Shown one piece after another: positions 19,705 to 29,805 of a stretch of DNA of 64,000 bases. The translations under genes and the position numbers were made by a program. The stretch is from Acidobacteriota bacterium (GTDB lineage Bacteria > Acidobacteriota > Thermoanaerobaculia > Gp7-AA8). Numbering within the stretch: position 1 is the first letter of the stretch; every line of letters starts with the position of its first letter. The DNA lies in the NCBI GenBank assembly GCA_019244185.1, contig JAFATB010000006.1:448001-512000 (forward strand), in the 5' to 3' direction. Below the pieces are notes generated by a model. That model did no database searches and had not been told where the DNA came from. It saw only the letters and a list, made by a program, of their open reading frames with translations.

Positions 19705-20448
19705 CTAACGTTTGAGCGGCGGCGGCTCGACGGACGTGACGCCCGCCTGCACGCCGCGGAGGCTGGCGATGATGCTGCCGAACTTCACGTCCGTGCGGAT
19801 GCGCACCGGGATGCGCCGCTCGTCGTCGCTGTACCAGATGAAGAGCTTCTCTTCGCGCTCGACGCCGTCGCTCGTCATCCGCGGCTCCACGACCACGGTC
19901 GCGAACGTGCCCGCGGGGGTGTCGATCGTCTCGCGCCGTACGACGCGCGCCTGGACGTCGTAGACCTTGCCGTCGGCGATGAGCGTGAGCGCGTACGACT
20001 TGCCGGGGCTGAGATCGACCAGGCGCAGATAGAACATGACCGACATCGGATCGAAGACCGGCCGCGGCACGCGCGTCTTCTTCACCTTCCGCCGTGTGCG
20101 CGTGGCGACGCCGTCGTCGACGGTCGTTACTTCCTCGATCTTGTCGTCTTTCTCGTCGAGGCGTTTCACGTAGCGCAGCGTCGAGAAGTCCTTGCGCGCG
20201 ACCGTCGACTCGATCTCGTCGCGCACGCGGAAGATGCGTGAGAAGCCGGGCGTCGAATGCGCGACGGAGGTGATGCGGTAGCTGTCCTCGCCCGACGGAC
20301 CGATCGTGAGACGTCCGGTGCCGCCGGTGATCTTGAGCCAGCTGAGGTTGTAGTCGAGCGTCTCGCCGCGGGCGAACGCTTGTTCGACCGGCGTCGTGGC
20401 CGGCACCGACGCGGCGAAGAGCAACGCAACGGCGAGGATGAGGTTCAC
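19705..20448 (-). CDS. DUF3108-family exported protein
   Basis: Signal peptide, GETL.Y..SW, TPAGTF, WYSDDERRIPVR. Confidence 0.8.
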   Translation of the reverse strand: MNLILAVALLFAASVPATTPVEQAFARGETLDYNLSWLKITGGTGRLTIGPSGEDSYRITSVAHSTPGFSRIFRVRDEIESTVARKDFSTLRYVKRLDEKDDKIEEVTTVDDGVATRTRRKVKKTRVPRPVFDPMSVMFYLRLVDLSPGKSYALTLIADGKVYDVQARVVRRETIDTPAGTFATVVVEPRMTSDGVEREEKLFIWYSDDERRIPVRIRTDVKFGSIIASLRGVQAGVTSVEPPPLKR

Positions 20449-21359
20449 TCCGCGGCCACCCTTTCCACCAGCTGCATCACCTCTTCAACAGCAATCGCGT
20501 CCATGGATTTCGTCGAGCCGAAATGATCGACGCAATGGCCGAGCTGGCCATACGGCCCGTTGCGACGCGGATCGGTGGGACCGTAGAGGCCGATGACCTT
20601 CGTGCCGAGGGCGGCGGCGAGGTGGAGCGGACCGGTGTCGCCGCCGATGACGAGACGCGCGTGCTGCAGCAGCCACGCGAGCTCGCGCAGGCCGGTCGGC
20701 GGCGCGAGCCGCGCGCCGATCGCTTCCGCGCGCTCGCGCTCGCCGGGTCCCCACACCACGAGCACGCGCTCGCCGAGACGGCGCGCGAGCTCGCGGAAAC
20801 GCTCGACCGGCCACAGCTTCGATGGCTTGCCGGCGCCCGGCAGCAGCACGATCGCATCGGCGAACGCGTCGAGGTTGTCATTGCGCGGAAACGCGTCCCA
20901 GGACGGCACGGCCTTGCCGGCCGGCGCGAGCGCGGCGGCGAGGGCGCGGTTCTGCTCGATGACGTGACGCGTCGTGTCGACGGCGACCTTGCGATTCGTG
21001 AAGAGCAGCGCCGGCTTCTCGCGGATCGCATTCGCCGCGAAGCCGTAGCGTTCGCGCGCGCCGGCGAAGCGGCCGAGCATGGCCGACTTCACCAGGCCCT
21101 GAAAGTCGATCGACGCGTCCGCGCCTCGCAGCGTGCGCCACGCGTCGCGCATGGCCGCGCGCGAGGCGAGCGGCGCGCGTCCCCACGCTTTCATGCGCAT
21201 GGGGATCGTCTCCACGCCAGCCACCAATTCGACGAGCTCGCGATACGGCGCCTCCACGACCCACTGGATGCGATACGCATCGCGCAGTGCGACGACGGCT
21301 GGAATGGTGTGGATGACGTCGCCGAGCGCGGAGAGCCGCAGCACCAGCAGGCGTTTCAT
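20445..21359 (-). CDS. waaC: LPS heptosyltransferase I (GT9)
   Basis: [36 protein letters not shown]. Confidence 0.9.
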   Translation of the reverse strand: MKRLLVLRLSALGDVIHTIPAVVALRDAYRIQWVVEAPYRELVELVAGVETIPMRMKAWGRAPLASRAAMRDAWRTLRGADASIDFQGLVKSAMLGRFAGARERYGFAANAIREKPALLFTNRKVAVDTTRHVIEQNRALAAALAPAGKAVPSWDAFPRNDNLDAFADAIVLLPGAGKPSKLWPVERFRELARRLGERVLVVWGPGERERAEAIGARLAPPTGLRELAWLLQHARLVIGGDTGPLHLAAALGTKVIGLYGPTDPRRNGPYGQLGHCVDHFGSTKSMDAIAVEEVMQLVERVAAE

Positions 21360-21829
21360 CGCCCGCGCAGCTTCTGCAAAACCGCGGTGGTGGAGTGGTC
21401 TTTCGGATCGCCGACGATGACGACGCGCCCGCCGTACGCGTTCACGACCTCCGCCTCCGGCACGGAGTCGGGCGTGTAGTCGGTCCCTTTCGCCTGCACG
21501 TCGGGCTTCAGGACCTGCAGAAGGTGGGCAGGACTTTTCTCGTGAAAGACGGTGACGTAGCCGACGCCCTGAATCGCGGCGATGATCTCCGCGCGTTCCT
21601 GCTCCGGCATCACAGGCCGGCCTTCGCCCTTGAGCGTGCGCACGGACTCGTCGCCGTTCACGCCGACCACCAGCACGTCCGCGACGTCCGCCGCGCCCTG
21701 GAGATAGCGGATGTGACCGACGTGCAGCACGTCGAAGCAGCCGTTCGCGAATGCGATCGTCTTTCCCGCCGCGCGCTCGCGTTCGACCGCCTCGGCCAAC
21801 GCGCCCTCGTCGAGAATCGGCGCGTTCAC
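21356..21829 (-). CDS. hldC: D-glycero-beta-D-manno-heptose 1-phosphate adenylyltransferase (RfaE domain II)
   Basis: [25 protein letters not shown] start overlaps the upstream stop. Confidence 0.9.
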   Translation of the reverse strand: MNAPILDEGALAEAVERERAAGKTIAFANGCFDVLHVGHIRYLQGAADVADVLVVGVNGDESVRTLKGEGRPVMPEQERAEIIAAIQGVGYVTVFHEKSPAHLLQVLKPDVQAKGTDYTPDSVPEAEVVNAYGGRVVIVGDPKDHSTTAVLQKLRGR

Positions 21830-22842
21830 GAGCGGAGCTCCTCGTCGCGCTCGATCGCGTAGCGCAGCTCGTCGTTCGACACCGTCGCGGTGCCCATCTT
21901 CATGACCACGATGCCGCCCGCGTAGTTGGCGAGCTTCGCCGCTTCCGCGTACGACGCGCCCGCTGCGAGCGCGAGCGTGAAGGTCGCGATGACGGTGTCG
22001 CCGGCGCCGGTGACGTCCGCGACCTGGTCGGTGCCATACACCGGGATCAGCAGCGGCTCGGTCGCGTCGCGCTCGAGGAGCGCCATGCCGCGGCTGCCGC
22101 GCGTGATCAGCACCGCTTCCGCGTCGAGTCCCTGCTGCAGCGTCTGCGCGACTTCGCCGATCTTGGCGTCGTCGCCGTTCCAGAGCGACGTCCCCGCGGC
22201 GGCGGCGGCTTCTTCCTCGTTCGGCGTCGCGGCGGTAACGCCGGGATAGCTGAGCAGCTCGTAGCGCGAGTCGAGCGTCACTGCCTTGCCGTGCGCGTAG
22301 CGTGTGAGGCTCGCCACGAGCGACGGCGCGACGACGCCGTAACCGTAATCGCTCACCAGCGCGGCGTGGCACATGCCGATCGCCTCGCGCAGCAGATCGG
22401 CGAAGCGCAGCGACTCGAGCTCGGTCATGCGGAACTCGTCCTCGATGTCGTAGCGCACGATCTGCTGCCGGCTCGCGTGCGGCATGCCACCGAGGATGCG
22501 CACCTTCGTCGGCGTGGCGTAGCGGCTCGTGCGCAGAATCCCGCTGCAGTCGATGCCGGCGGTCACGAGCGAGTCGACGAGCGTCTGCGCCGCGCCGTCG
22601 GTGCCGAGAACGGACACGGGCACCGGCAGGCCGCCGAGGGCGAAGATGTTGTTGATGGCGTTGCCGGCGCCGCCGAGGAGCACGTCTTCGCGGTACTGGC
22701 GAAGGATGAGCACGGGCGCCTCGCGGGAGATGCGTTTCGGCGTGCCGTAGATGAAGCGGTCCGCTACGATGTCGCCGTAGACGACCACCAGCTTCCCCTT
22801 CATCGCATCGCTCAGCTGCAGCAGGCGGGAACGGCTGAACAC
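21826..22842 (-). CDS. hldA: D-glycero-beta-D-manno-heptose-7-phosphate kinase (RfaE domain I)
   Basis: [34 protein letters not shown]. Confidence 0.92.
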   Translation of the reverse strand: MFSRSRLLQLSDAMKGKLVVVYGDIVADRFIYGTPKRISREAPVLILRQYREDVLLGGAGNAINNIFALGGLPVPVSVLGTDGAAQTLVDSLVTAGIDCSGILRTSRYATPTKVRILGGMPHASRQQIVRYDIEDEFRMTELESLRFADLLREAIGMCHAALVSDYGYGVVAPSLVASLTRYAHGKAVTLDSRYELLSYPGVTAATPNEEEAAAAAGTSLWNGDDAKIGEVAQTLQQGLDAEAVLITRGSRGMALLERDATEPLLIPVYGTDQVADVTGAGDTVIATFTLALAAGASYAEAAKLANYAGGIVVMKMGTATVSNDELRYAIERDEELRS

Positions 22843-22876
22843 GCGCGGACTATAAACCAACGATGCAGGTTGAACG

Positions 22877-23062
22877 ATGAGCGGCGAACGCGGGAAGCTG
22901 ATCGAGGGCGTCGACTTTTACTACGAGGGCCGCTACCTCGTCTTCACCGAGAAGTTCCTGCGCGACCGCGGCTACTGCTGCGAGTCCGGCTGCCGCCACT
23001 GCCCGTACGGCTTCCGCAAGGATCAGCGCACCGACGTGCCGTCTAACGACGAGACCGATTGA
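22877..23062 (+). CDS. Small Cys-rich protein (DUF5522-like)
   Basis: VFTE.FL..RGYCCESGCRHCPYG. Confidence 0.8.
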   Translation: MSGERGKLIEGVDFYYEGRYLVFTEKFLRDRGYCCESGCRHCPYGFRKDQRTDVPSNDETD

Positions 23063-23075
23063 TATCCATCGATCA

Positions 23076-23576
23076 TCATTCAGCGTTCAGCGCAGCAGCC
23101 GCGTCCTCCAGCTCCGCCTCGCGCAGTTCCTGCTTCTCGCCGCCGCTCAGCACGTTCTCGACGTCGATCAGGAGATAGACCTCGTCGCCGTGCGGCACGA
23201 CCGCGATGAGCAGCTCGCCGCGGATGCCGCGCACGAGCGGCGGCGGCGGCAGGAACGCGTCCGTCGACACCGTGACGATGCGGCGAACCTCGTCGACTTT
23301 GAGTCCGATCACGCCCGCGCTCGTGTGCGTGATGAGCACGAGCGGCTGCGGCGCACGTTCTGCGAGCTTCGGATAGAGCCGGTCGCGCAGGTCGATGATC
23401 GGCACGACCTCGTTGCGCAGCACCACGATGCCTTCGACGAACGCCGGCGCGGTCGGCACCGACGTCGAGCCGGTGTACGGCACGAGCTGACGCACCGCCA
23501 TGATGTCCATGACGAACGTCTCCGGCCCCACGCGAAACGTGATGAGCCGCAGCTCGTCGGATGTCGACGCGGCCAT
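23076..23576 (-). CDS. cheW: Chemotaxis coupling protein CheW
   Basis: F.VG.E.F, VP.AP.FVEGI..LR..VVPIIDLR, GL.VDEV. Confidence 0.9.
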   Translation of the reverse strand: MAASTSDELRLITFRVGPETFVMDIMAVRQLVPYTGSTSVPTAPAFVEGIVVLRNEVVPIIDLRDRLYPKLAERAPQPLVLITHTSAGVIGLKVDEVRRIVTVSTDAFLPPPPLVRGIRGELLIAVVPHGDEVYLLIDVENVLSGGEKQELREAELEDAAAALNAE

Positions 23577-23580
23577 GCCG

Positions 23581-25665
23581 TCAGCCCCGCACGCGGAACT
23601 TCCGCGTCTCCTCGTCGAGGCTGCGGATCGCGTCGTTGAGGAGCGTGATGGCCTCGCCCATGTCGTTGGCGGTGGCGCGGTTGCCGTCCGAGATCGCGCG
23701 CACCTGCTGCATCGTGCCGACGATCTTCTCGCTCTCGGCCGCCTGATTCGCGGCGACCTGGAAGATCTCGTGGATCATGTCGATCATCCGCTCGGCCGCC
23801 GCGGAGATCATCGTCGAGCCGGACTTCTGCTCGATCATCGCCTGGCGCACGTACTTCGTGACCTCGCGCATCGACTCGACCGCGCGCATGATGTGATCCG
23901 AGCCTTGCGCCTGCTGCCGCGTGGCCCCGTTGATCTGCCCGACCATCGACTGCAGACGATCGACCGCGCGCGTCACGGTCTCGCTGCCGGTCGCCTGCTC
24001 GCGCGTCGCGCCGGCGATCTCTTTCCCCATGTTCGACGCTTTCGCGGACGACTCGAGGATGTTGTTGAGCGCCTTGCCCGCCTGATGCGAGAGCGACACG
24101 CCGGTCTCGACGAGCGTCGAGCCGGACGCCATCGCTTTGAGCGCGTTGTCCACTTCGTCCTGCACCGCGCGGATGAGGTTCGCGATGTCGCGCGTCGACG
24201 ACGCCGTGCGCTCCGACAGCTGGCGGATTTCCGCGGCGACGACGGAGAAGCCTTTGCCGTACTCGCCCGCCTGCGCCGCGAGGATGGCCGCGTTCAGCGC
24301 GAGGAGGTTCGTCTGCTCGGCGACGTCTTCGATGACGTTGAGGATCTTCCCGATCGCGACGGAGCGGTCGCCGAGCCGCGCCACGACGGAGTTCGCCTCG
24401 TGCACGGAGCGGCGGATCTGTTCCATTCCGTCGATCGTTTCGCGCACCGCACGCATCCCCGACTCCGCGGCATCCGCGACCGCGAGCGCGAGATCGTACG
24501 AACGCGCGGCGTTGCCTTCGACCTGCGCGATCGACGCTGACATCTCGACCATCGACGACGACGTCTCGGTCACGAAGTTCGTGAGATAGACGACGTTCGT
24601 GTCGACCTCGTTGATCGACGACACCATCTCGTGCGTCGCCGACGCCGTCTCTTCCACCGACGACCAGAGCGTGTCGGTGTGGCGGCTCACCTCTTCCATC
24701 GACGCGACCATCTCCAGCATCGACGACGACGTCTCTTCCGACGACGCGGAGAGCGCCTCGACGTTGTCGGTGATCTTGCGCACGCCGCCGTTGAGTTGGT
24801 CGATGGAGCGGTAGGTGTCGTCGATGATTGCGCGCTCGTCGTCGACGCGGCGCATGACGCTGTCGGACCGCGTCTGCACCGTTTCGACCACGGACTTCAG
24901 TTTCTGCTGCGACTGCACGAGGCTGTTGATGGTCCGCTCGAGGTTCGCCGCCATCCCGTTGAACGCCTCGGCGAGACTGCCGATCTCGTCGCTCGAATGC
25001 ACCTGCACGCGTTGCGTGAGATCGCCTTTCGCGATGAGCCGCGCCGTATCGACCAGCGACAGGATCGGCCGCACGATGACGCGCGAGGCGAACCACGCCA
25101 GGAGACTCGCCGCGATGAGGATCAGCACCGTGATGCCGGCGTTCCAGCCCCGCAGTGAGCGCACCGCCGCCTGCGCCTGGTCCTCGTTCATGAGGAGGCG
25201 GAAGTAGCCTTTCGGCTTCGCGGCGGGATTCGATGCGTCGGCTTTCGACTCGTAGAACGGCACCGTGTACGCGTGCAGCCCGTCGCCAACGTCGACGCCG
25301 TCCTCGCGCCGCAGCTTGCGCTTCGCGAGCTCCGCCGGAACCGCGTTCGCGGACGCCGCGAGGACTTTGCCGTTCGCATCGAGAAATTCGGCGTACTGCA
25401 CCGACGTGCCGCGCGCGAGATCGCCGACGATGTTCTTGAGGTCGTCGGTGAGGCCGAAGATGACGTAGTAGCCGGCGGTCGACTCGATCGTCTTCGCGAT
25501 CGCCTCGCCGTGCTCGACGGTCTGCCGGATCATGGCGCGGCGGACGAGCAGCTGCTGGATGCCGAGGAGAAGCAGCGCGACGAGAATCGTCTGCAGCGCG
25601 AATGCTCCGACGAACTTTGCGCGCAGCCCCGTGCGGACGTTTTCGGTTTGATTGCCGGCGAGCAT
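23581..25665 (-). CDS. Methyl-accepting chemotaxis protein (2 TM, HAMP)
   Basis: DEIGSLA.AFN HAMP motif, QTNLLALNAAI.AAQAGEYGKGFSVVA.EIR. Confidence 0.95.
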   Translation of the reverse strand: MLAGNQTENVRTGLRAKFVGAFALQTILVALLLLGIQQLLVRRAMIRQTVEHGEAIAKTIESTAGYYVIFGLTDDLKNIVGDLARGTSVQYAEFLDANGKVLAASANAVPAELAKRKLRREDGVDVGDGLHAYTVPFYESKADASNPAAKPKGYFRLLMNEDQAQAAVRSLRGWNAGITVLILIAASLLAWFASRVIVRPILSLVDTARLIAKGDLTQRVQVHSSDEIGSLAEAFNGMAANLERTINSLVQSQQKLKSVVETVQTRSDSVMRRVDDERAIIDDTYRSIDQLNGGVRKITDNVEALSASSEETSSSMLEMVASMEEVSRHTDTLWSSVEETASATHEMVSSINEVDTNVVYLTNFVTETSSSMVEMSASIAQVEGNAARSYDLALAVADAAESGMRAVRETIDGMEQIRRSVHEANSVVARLGDRSVAIGKILNVIEDVAEQTNLLALNAAILAAQAGEYGKGFSVVAAEIRQLSERTASSTRDIANLIRAVQDEVDNALKAMASGSTLVETGVSLSHQAGKALNNILESSAKASNMGKEIAGATREQATGSETVTRAVDRLQSMVGQINGATRQQAQGSDHIMRAVESMREVTKYVRQAMIEQKSGSTMISAAAERMIDMIHEIFQVAANQAAESEKIVGTMQQVRAISDGNRATANDMGEAITLLNDAIRSLDEETRKFRVRG

Positions 25666-25721
25666 AGGACCGCGGAGAGTGTAGTGGCAGAACGCGCGAC
25701 TCTGCCACTATCATCGTTCGC

Positions 25722-26663
25722 ATGCCGCTCATCCGCTGCGCCAAGTGCGATCAGGCGTACGACATCCCCGGCGTCGTCGCGGTGCGGCTCGCGAGCTCGA
25801 TCGCCACGTGCGATTGCGGCGAATGGCTCTCCGGCAGCAAGGCCGCCGTGCTCGCGCGCATCATCGACGCGAGCGAGATCCGCGAGCTCGACGTGCAGCC
25901 GTATCGCGTCGACGCCGCGGCCGCCGCTCCCGCCGCGCCGCGCATCGAAACGGCGCCGCCCGCGCGTAAGCGTTCGTTGCGCGTCTTCGCCCGCGGCGCC
26001 AACCAATCCATCGATACGATCTTCACCATCGGCGAGCATCCGCTCTGGATCGGCCGCAAAGCCTGTCACGTGGAGCTCGCCGACGCGGAGCTGTCGATCC
26101 GCCACTGCTCGATCTCCGTGCGCGGCGAGGAGCTCGTCGTCCGCGATGCCGACTCGCACATGGGCACCTTCCTCGACGGCCACGAGATCACCGAAGCAGT
26201 CCTCGGCGACGGCGTGCACGTGCTGCGCGTCGGCTCCGCGCTCGTCACCGTCGAGCCGGTGAACGAGAGCGGGACCGCCGTCGAGCCGATCGCACTCGAT
26301 GATCTCTCGACCGTCGACGAAGCGCAGCTCGCGCACAAGCTGCGGACGTCGCGCTCGACGAATCCGGTCGCCACCCGCGCGGTGCTCGTCTGCGTCGAAG
26401 GTCCGCTCGTCGGCCAGGAGTTCGAAATCCCCGACTCCGGCCTCGTCATCGGCCGCGAAGGACACGTGCGCGTCCCCGACGAGTTCCTCTCCCGCCGCCA
26501 CTTCGAAGTCCTTCGCGACGGTGACGGCACGGTCCGCGTCCGCGACCTCGGCAGCCGCAACGGCACCTTCCTCAACACGCTCCCGGCGCGCAACACGAAG
26601 GTCCGCAGCGGCGACGAGATCCGCGCCGGCGTGAATCGCTTCCGCATCGAACAGCGCGCCTGA
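25722..26663 (+). CDS. Zinc-ribbon plus double FHA-domain protein
   Basis: CAKC...CDCG, then two FHA domains (IGR..S..H..DADS.MGT and IGR..SRRH..DLGSRNGT). Confidence 0.85.
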   Translation: MPLIRCAKCDQAYDIPGVVAVRLASSIATCDCGEWLSGSKAAVLARIIDASEIRELDVQPYRVDAAAAAPAAPRIETAPPARKRSLRVFARGANQSIDTIFTIGEHPLWIGRKACHVELADAELSIRHCSISVRGEELVVRDADSHMGTFLDGHEITEAVLGDGVHVLRVGSALVTVEPVNESGTAVEPIALDDLSTVDEAQLAHKLRTSRSTNPVATRAVLVCVEGPLVGQEFEIPDSGLVIGREGHVRVPDEFLSRRHFEVLRDGDGTVRVRDLGSRNGTFLNTLPARNTKVRSGDEIRAGVNRFRIEQRA

Positions 26664-26743
26664 CCCTTCCACGATTGAGCGTTGGCTCGCCGCGCGCGCT
26701 CGACCTATACTTCGCGGCACTCTCTCAGAGCAGGTGTTGTTGC

Positions 26744-27610
26744 ATGACCACGTTCGAATCCGCGGCGGCCCGGATTCTCGCGCCCTTGTCCGAGCTGCTG
26801 CACAAGCCTCTCTACCTCACCGACGCGCGCTCGCCCGAGGCGAGCAACGCGTTCGCCGTGCGCCTCGCGTTGCCGCGGGTGGCGGTGGTTTCCGCCGACG
26901 GCAAGCCGTTCTCCGACGACGAGCGGCGGCTGGTCAACGAGCTCTTCGAGGTCGTGCGCGTCGCGGAAGAAAGTGAAGCGCGCTACGCGGAGCTCGAGCA
27001 GCGGATGCTTCTGCTGCAGCGCGAGAACCTCGATCTCGTGGTGAAGAACCGCGCGCTTTCCGAGGTGTCGTCGCGCGACACGCTGACGGGGCTGTACAAC
27101 CGCTGGTACGTGATCGAGAAGATCGACAGCGAGATCAATCGCGCCGTGAGACATGGCTCGCCGATGTCGCTGCTGATGCTCGACATCGATCACTTCAAGC
27201 GCATCAACGACACGTGGGGCCACACGGCGGGCGACCAGGTGCTGCAGTCGATCGGCAAGCTGCTGCGCGACAGCTGCCGCGTGTACGACGTGCCGGGACG
27301 CTATGGCGGCGAGGAGTTCTGCATCGTGCTGCCGGAGACGCGCGTCGGCAACACCGGCGCCGTTGCGGAGCGCATCCGGCAGCGGCTCGCACAGACGGCG
27401 GTGCCGTGCGGCGACTCGTCGGTCGTCGTCACCGCATCGATCGGAATCGCGGGCATGGACGCGCCGGAAGCAATCGAGGTGCTCAGTCCCGCGGCGCTGA
27501 TCGACCGCGCCGACCGCGCGCTATACTCGGCGAAAACCCGCGGCAGAAATCGCGTCGAATTGTGGGACAGGGCGCTCCTTTGCGAAGACGACGGAGCGAT
27601 CGAGCACTGA
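26744..27610 (+). CDS. Diguanylate cyclase (coiled coil + GGDEF)
   Basis: D.LTGLYNR, DIDHFK.IND..GH, RYGGEEF with RxxD I-site (RVYD). Confidence 0.95.
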   Translation: MTTFESAAARILAPLSELLHKPLYLTDARSPEASNAFAVRLALPRVAVVSADGKPFSDDERRLVNELFEVVRVAEESEARYAELEQRMLLLQRENLDLVVKNRALSEVSSRDTLTGLYNRWYVIEKIDSEINRAVRHGSPMSLLMLDIDHFKRINDTWGHTAGDQVLQSIGKLLRDSCRVYDVPGRYGGEEFCIVLPETRVGNTGAVAERIRQRLAQTAVPCGDSSVVVTASIGIAGMDAPEAIEVLSPAALIDRADRALYSAKTRGRNRVELWDRALLCEDDGAIEH

Positions 27611-27697
27611 AGTTTCGCCGTTCGTGAGCCGCATCACGCCGCGTGTCCCGCGGCGGACTTAGATTGACGCCGCAAATCGGTTCTGAGGGAAAAATCA

Positions 27698-28405
27698 ATG
27701 CGAAAGAGTCTTGTGGTCTCGGTGTTTGCTTTGTTGTTGGTCACCGCGTCGGCGTTTGCGGGAGAGAAGCCGGCGATCGGCGTCGCTGAATTCAAGAACG
27801 AAACCTCCGCCTCCTGGTGGTATTCGGACGCGGCGAGCGATCTCGCCGGCATGCTGACGAACGAGCTCGCGAGCACGGGCAAGTTCAAGATCGTCGAGCG
27901 CGCGAAGCTCGGCCCCGTCCTCGACGAGCAGGATCTCGCCGAGTCCGGCCGCATCAAGAAGTCGACCGGCGCGAAGATCGGCAAGCTCACGGGCGCGAAG
28001 TACCTCGTGTTTGCGACGGTCAGCGCGTTCGACACGAAGAGCCGCGGCACCGGCGGCGCGCTGAGCTTCCGCGGCATCAGCGTCGGCGGCAAGAAAGAGG
28101 ACGCGTACATCGCCGTCGATCTCCGCGTCGTGGATACGACGACGGGCGAAGTCGAATACACGCGCACGGTCGAAGGCCGCGCGGCGAGCTACGGCATGTC
28201 GGGCGGCGTCTACCGCGGCGGCTTCGGCGGCGAGCTCGGAAAGTACGAGAACACGCCGACCGGCAAGGCGATCCGCGCCGTCATCGTCGAGATCAGCGAC
28301 TACCTCGCCTGCGCGATGGTCGAGCAGGGCAGCTGCATGGACGAGTACAACGCGAAGGAATCGAGCCGTCGCGAGAAGACCAAGAAAGCGATCAAGCTGG
28401 ACTAG
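27698..28405 (+). CDS. CsgG/HfaB-family exported protein
   Basis: Signal peptide, F.IVER..L..VL.EQ.L, VDLRVVD.TTGE. Confidence 0.85.
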   Translation: MRKSLVVSVFALLLVTASAFAGEKPAIGVAEFKNETSASWWYSDAASDLAGMLTNELASTGKFKIVERAKLGPVLDEQDLAESGRIKKSTGAKIGKLTGAKYLVFATVSAFDTKSRGTGGALSFRGISVGGKKEDAYIAVDLRVVDTTTGEVEYTRTVEGRAASYGMSGGVYRGGFGGELGKYENTPTGKAIRAVIVEISDYLACAMVEQGSCMDEYNAKESSRREKTKKAIKLD

Positions 28406-28435
28406 CTTCAGGAAGGCGCTTCAGCAACGCGGTAG

Positions 28436-28467
28436 CGAAAAAGCCGGCCGGAAGGCCGGCTTTTTCG
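28436..28467 (+). terminator. Intrinsic, probably bidirectional, terminator
   Basis: CGAAAAAGCCGGCC-GGAA-GGCCGGCTTTTTCG. Confidence 0.9.
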
Positions 28468-28661
28468 TCGAATACTTCCGGTGGTGGTCTAGTTTGAACG
28501 CTGAGTCGTAACAGGCGGCACCGTGGCGGCGATGTCTGTCACGTTGAGGACTGCAAGGCACTCCGTTCGGCAAGCCGTTTTGCAGACGACTCCCTCCGTC
28601 AAAGCCTTCCTCTCCCCGCGAAGTTTCCGCCACATCGCTGCCGAAGCGCACAGTATCGCCG

Positions 28662-29538
28662 CTACGCAACTGCGGCAAGCGTCCACAAATCGAGCGCGAG
28701 AAGGTCACTCGCCTTCCAAACATAGTCCGTCAGGCCAGCGGCCATCGCCGGAGTCTTCCCACCGAGCGACTTGTGCTTGCGGCAGAAGTTGTAGAAGACG
28801 ACGGTGATGGCGAGCATGAAGACGTGGTTGTCGAGCTTCTTCGAGAAGCCATTCGTGAGGCGCGTGAAGCGGCGGTTCTGCATCCGCAGCGTGAGGTTCC
28901 ACCGCTCCATGAACGACGTGGATATGTGCTTCGTGATCGGCATCCCGAACGTCGGTCGCTTCTCTACGGCCAGCAGGCGGCCGGGCGAGTATCTACTGGC
29001 CGCACTCCTCGGACTTGTTCCGGTGACCGGCTTACTGTTCGCGTACGTCTTCACCACCTCGGCATGATCGGCCTCGCCGTAGCGGAAGTTCTTCACGATG
29101 GCTTCGAGGTACACGGATAGGCCGTCGGTCGAAATCTGAAGGCGCATCGTCGTGCGGCATCTTCAGATCGCGAATCAGAGCGTCGGCCGCTTCCTGATTC
29201 CGGTCACTCACCATCCACGAGATGAGGAGCTTCGAGTCGGCGTCAAGCGCCGTCCACGTCCAGAGCGAGCCGTAACCTTCCTTGCCCTTCAGATCGGCCG
29301 GAACGTTCTTCTCCTTCGCGTAGCAGAACGACCAGACCTCATCACACTGCACGCGCAGCGTCGGCAGGTAGCGCACCTGAGCGTCATGGAAGCGAAGGCA
29401 CGCTTGACCAATCTCGCGGATGAGACTCAGCACCGTCATCTTCGCGGCGCCGGTCATGCGGCAGGTCGAGGCAATGGAGTTGCCTTCGATGAGGGCGGTC
29501 AGGATCTGCGCGCGCTTCGCAGGTGACAGCTTGTTCAT
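28662..29538 (-). pseudogene. IS1-family DDE transposase with a single-base frameshift near 29156
   Basis: N-terminal part has an HTH, QCDEVWSF and WTWTALD. C-terminal part has STDG, TSFMERWN and RFTRLTNGFSKK. Removing one C from atgCcgc restores DLKMRTTMRLQISTDG. Confidence 0.85.
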
Positions 29539-29544
29539 AACTAC

Positions 29545-29587
29545 AATATATGCTTGAGGGGTCAAGCTGTCAATGCTTGAGGGGTCA
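29545..29587 (-). promoter_or_regulatory. Transposase promoter TTGACA-N17-TATATT with a palindromic operator, leaderless
   Basis: -35 at 29573-29568, -10 at 29550-29545, ATG 6 nt downstream. Spacer contains GCTTGA-GGGG-TCAAGC, and TGCTTGAGGGGTCA repeats at 29574. Confidence 0.75.
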
Positions 29588-29642
29588 CGCTACGCTATGT
29601 AACATGCCGGTCGGACGCGGATTACCGAAAGTAAGTTTGGTG

Positions 29643-29671
29643 TTGACCTGACGCGTAGACGGACCTACATT
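29643..29671 (+). promoter_or_regulatory. sigma70-type promoter TTGACC-N17-TACATT, antisense to the tRNA-like genes
   Basis: Hexamers and 17-nt spacer read directly. Followed by hairpin GATAGCA-CCA-TGCTATC. Confidence 0.5.
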
Positions 29672-29719
29672 GTTACTGATAGCACCATGCTATCGGAGTC
29701 TTTTCTCAGTATCAAAAAG

Positions 29720-29793
29720 TGGCCCCGGCGGGGATCCAACCCGCGACATCCGCGTTAGCAGCGCGGCGTTCTGTGCACCTGAACTACGGGGCC
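29720..29793 (-). tRNA. Non-canonical tRNA, anticodon GCT, short variable loop
   Basis: Fully Watson-Crick cloverleaf GGCCCCG-TA-GTTC(AGGTGCACA)GAAC-G-CCGCG(CTGCTAA)CGCGG-ATGTC-GCGGG(TTGGATC)CCCGC-CGGGGCC-A. CCA is not encoded. Confidence 0.8.
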
Positions 29794-29805
29794 ATAGGTG
29801 GTAAA

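Noticed and set aside
21356-22842. Split hldE as a novelty
   Set aside because: Separate HldA and HldC genes are a well-known arrangement.
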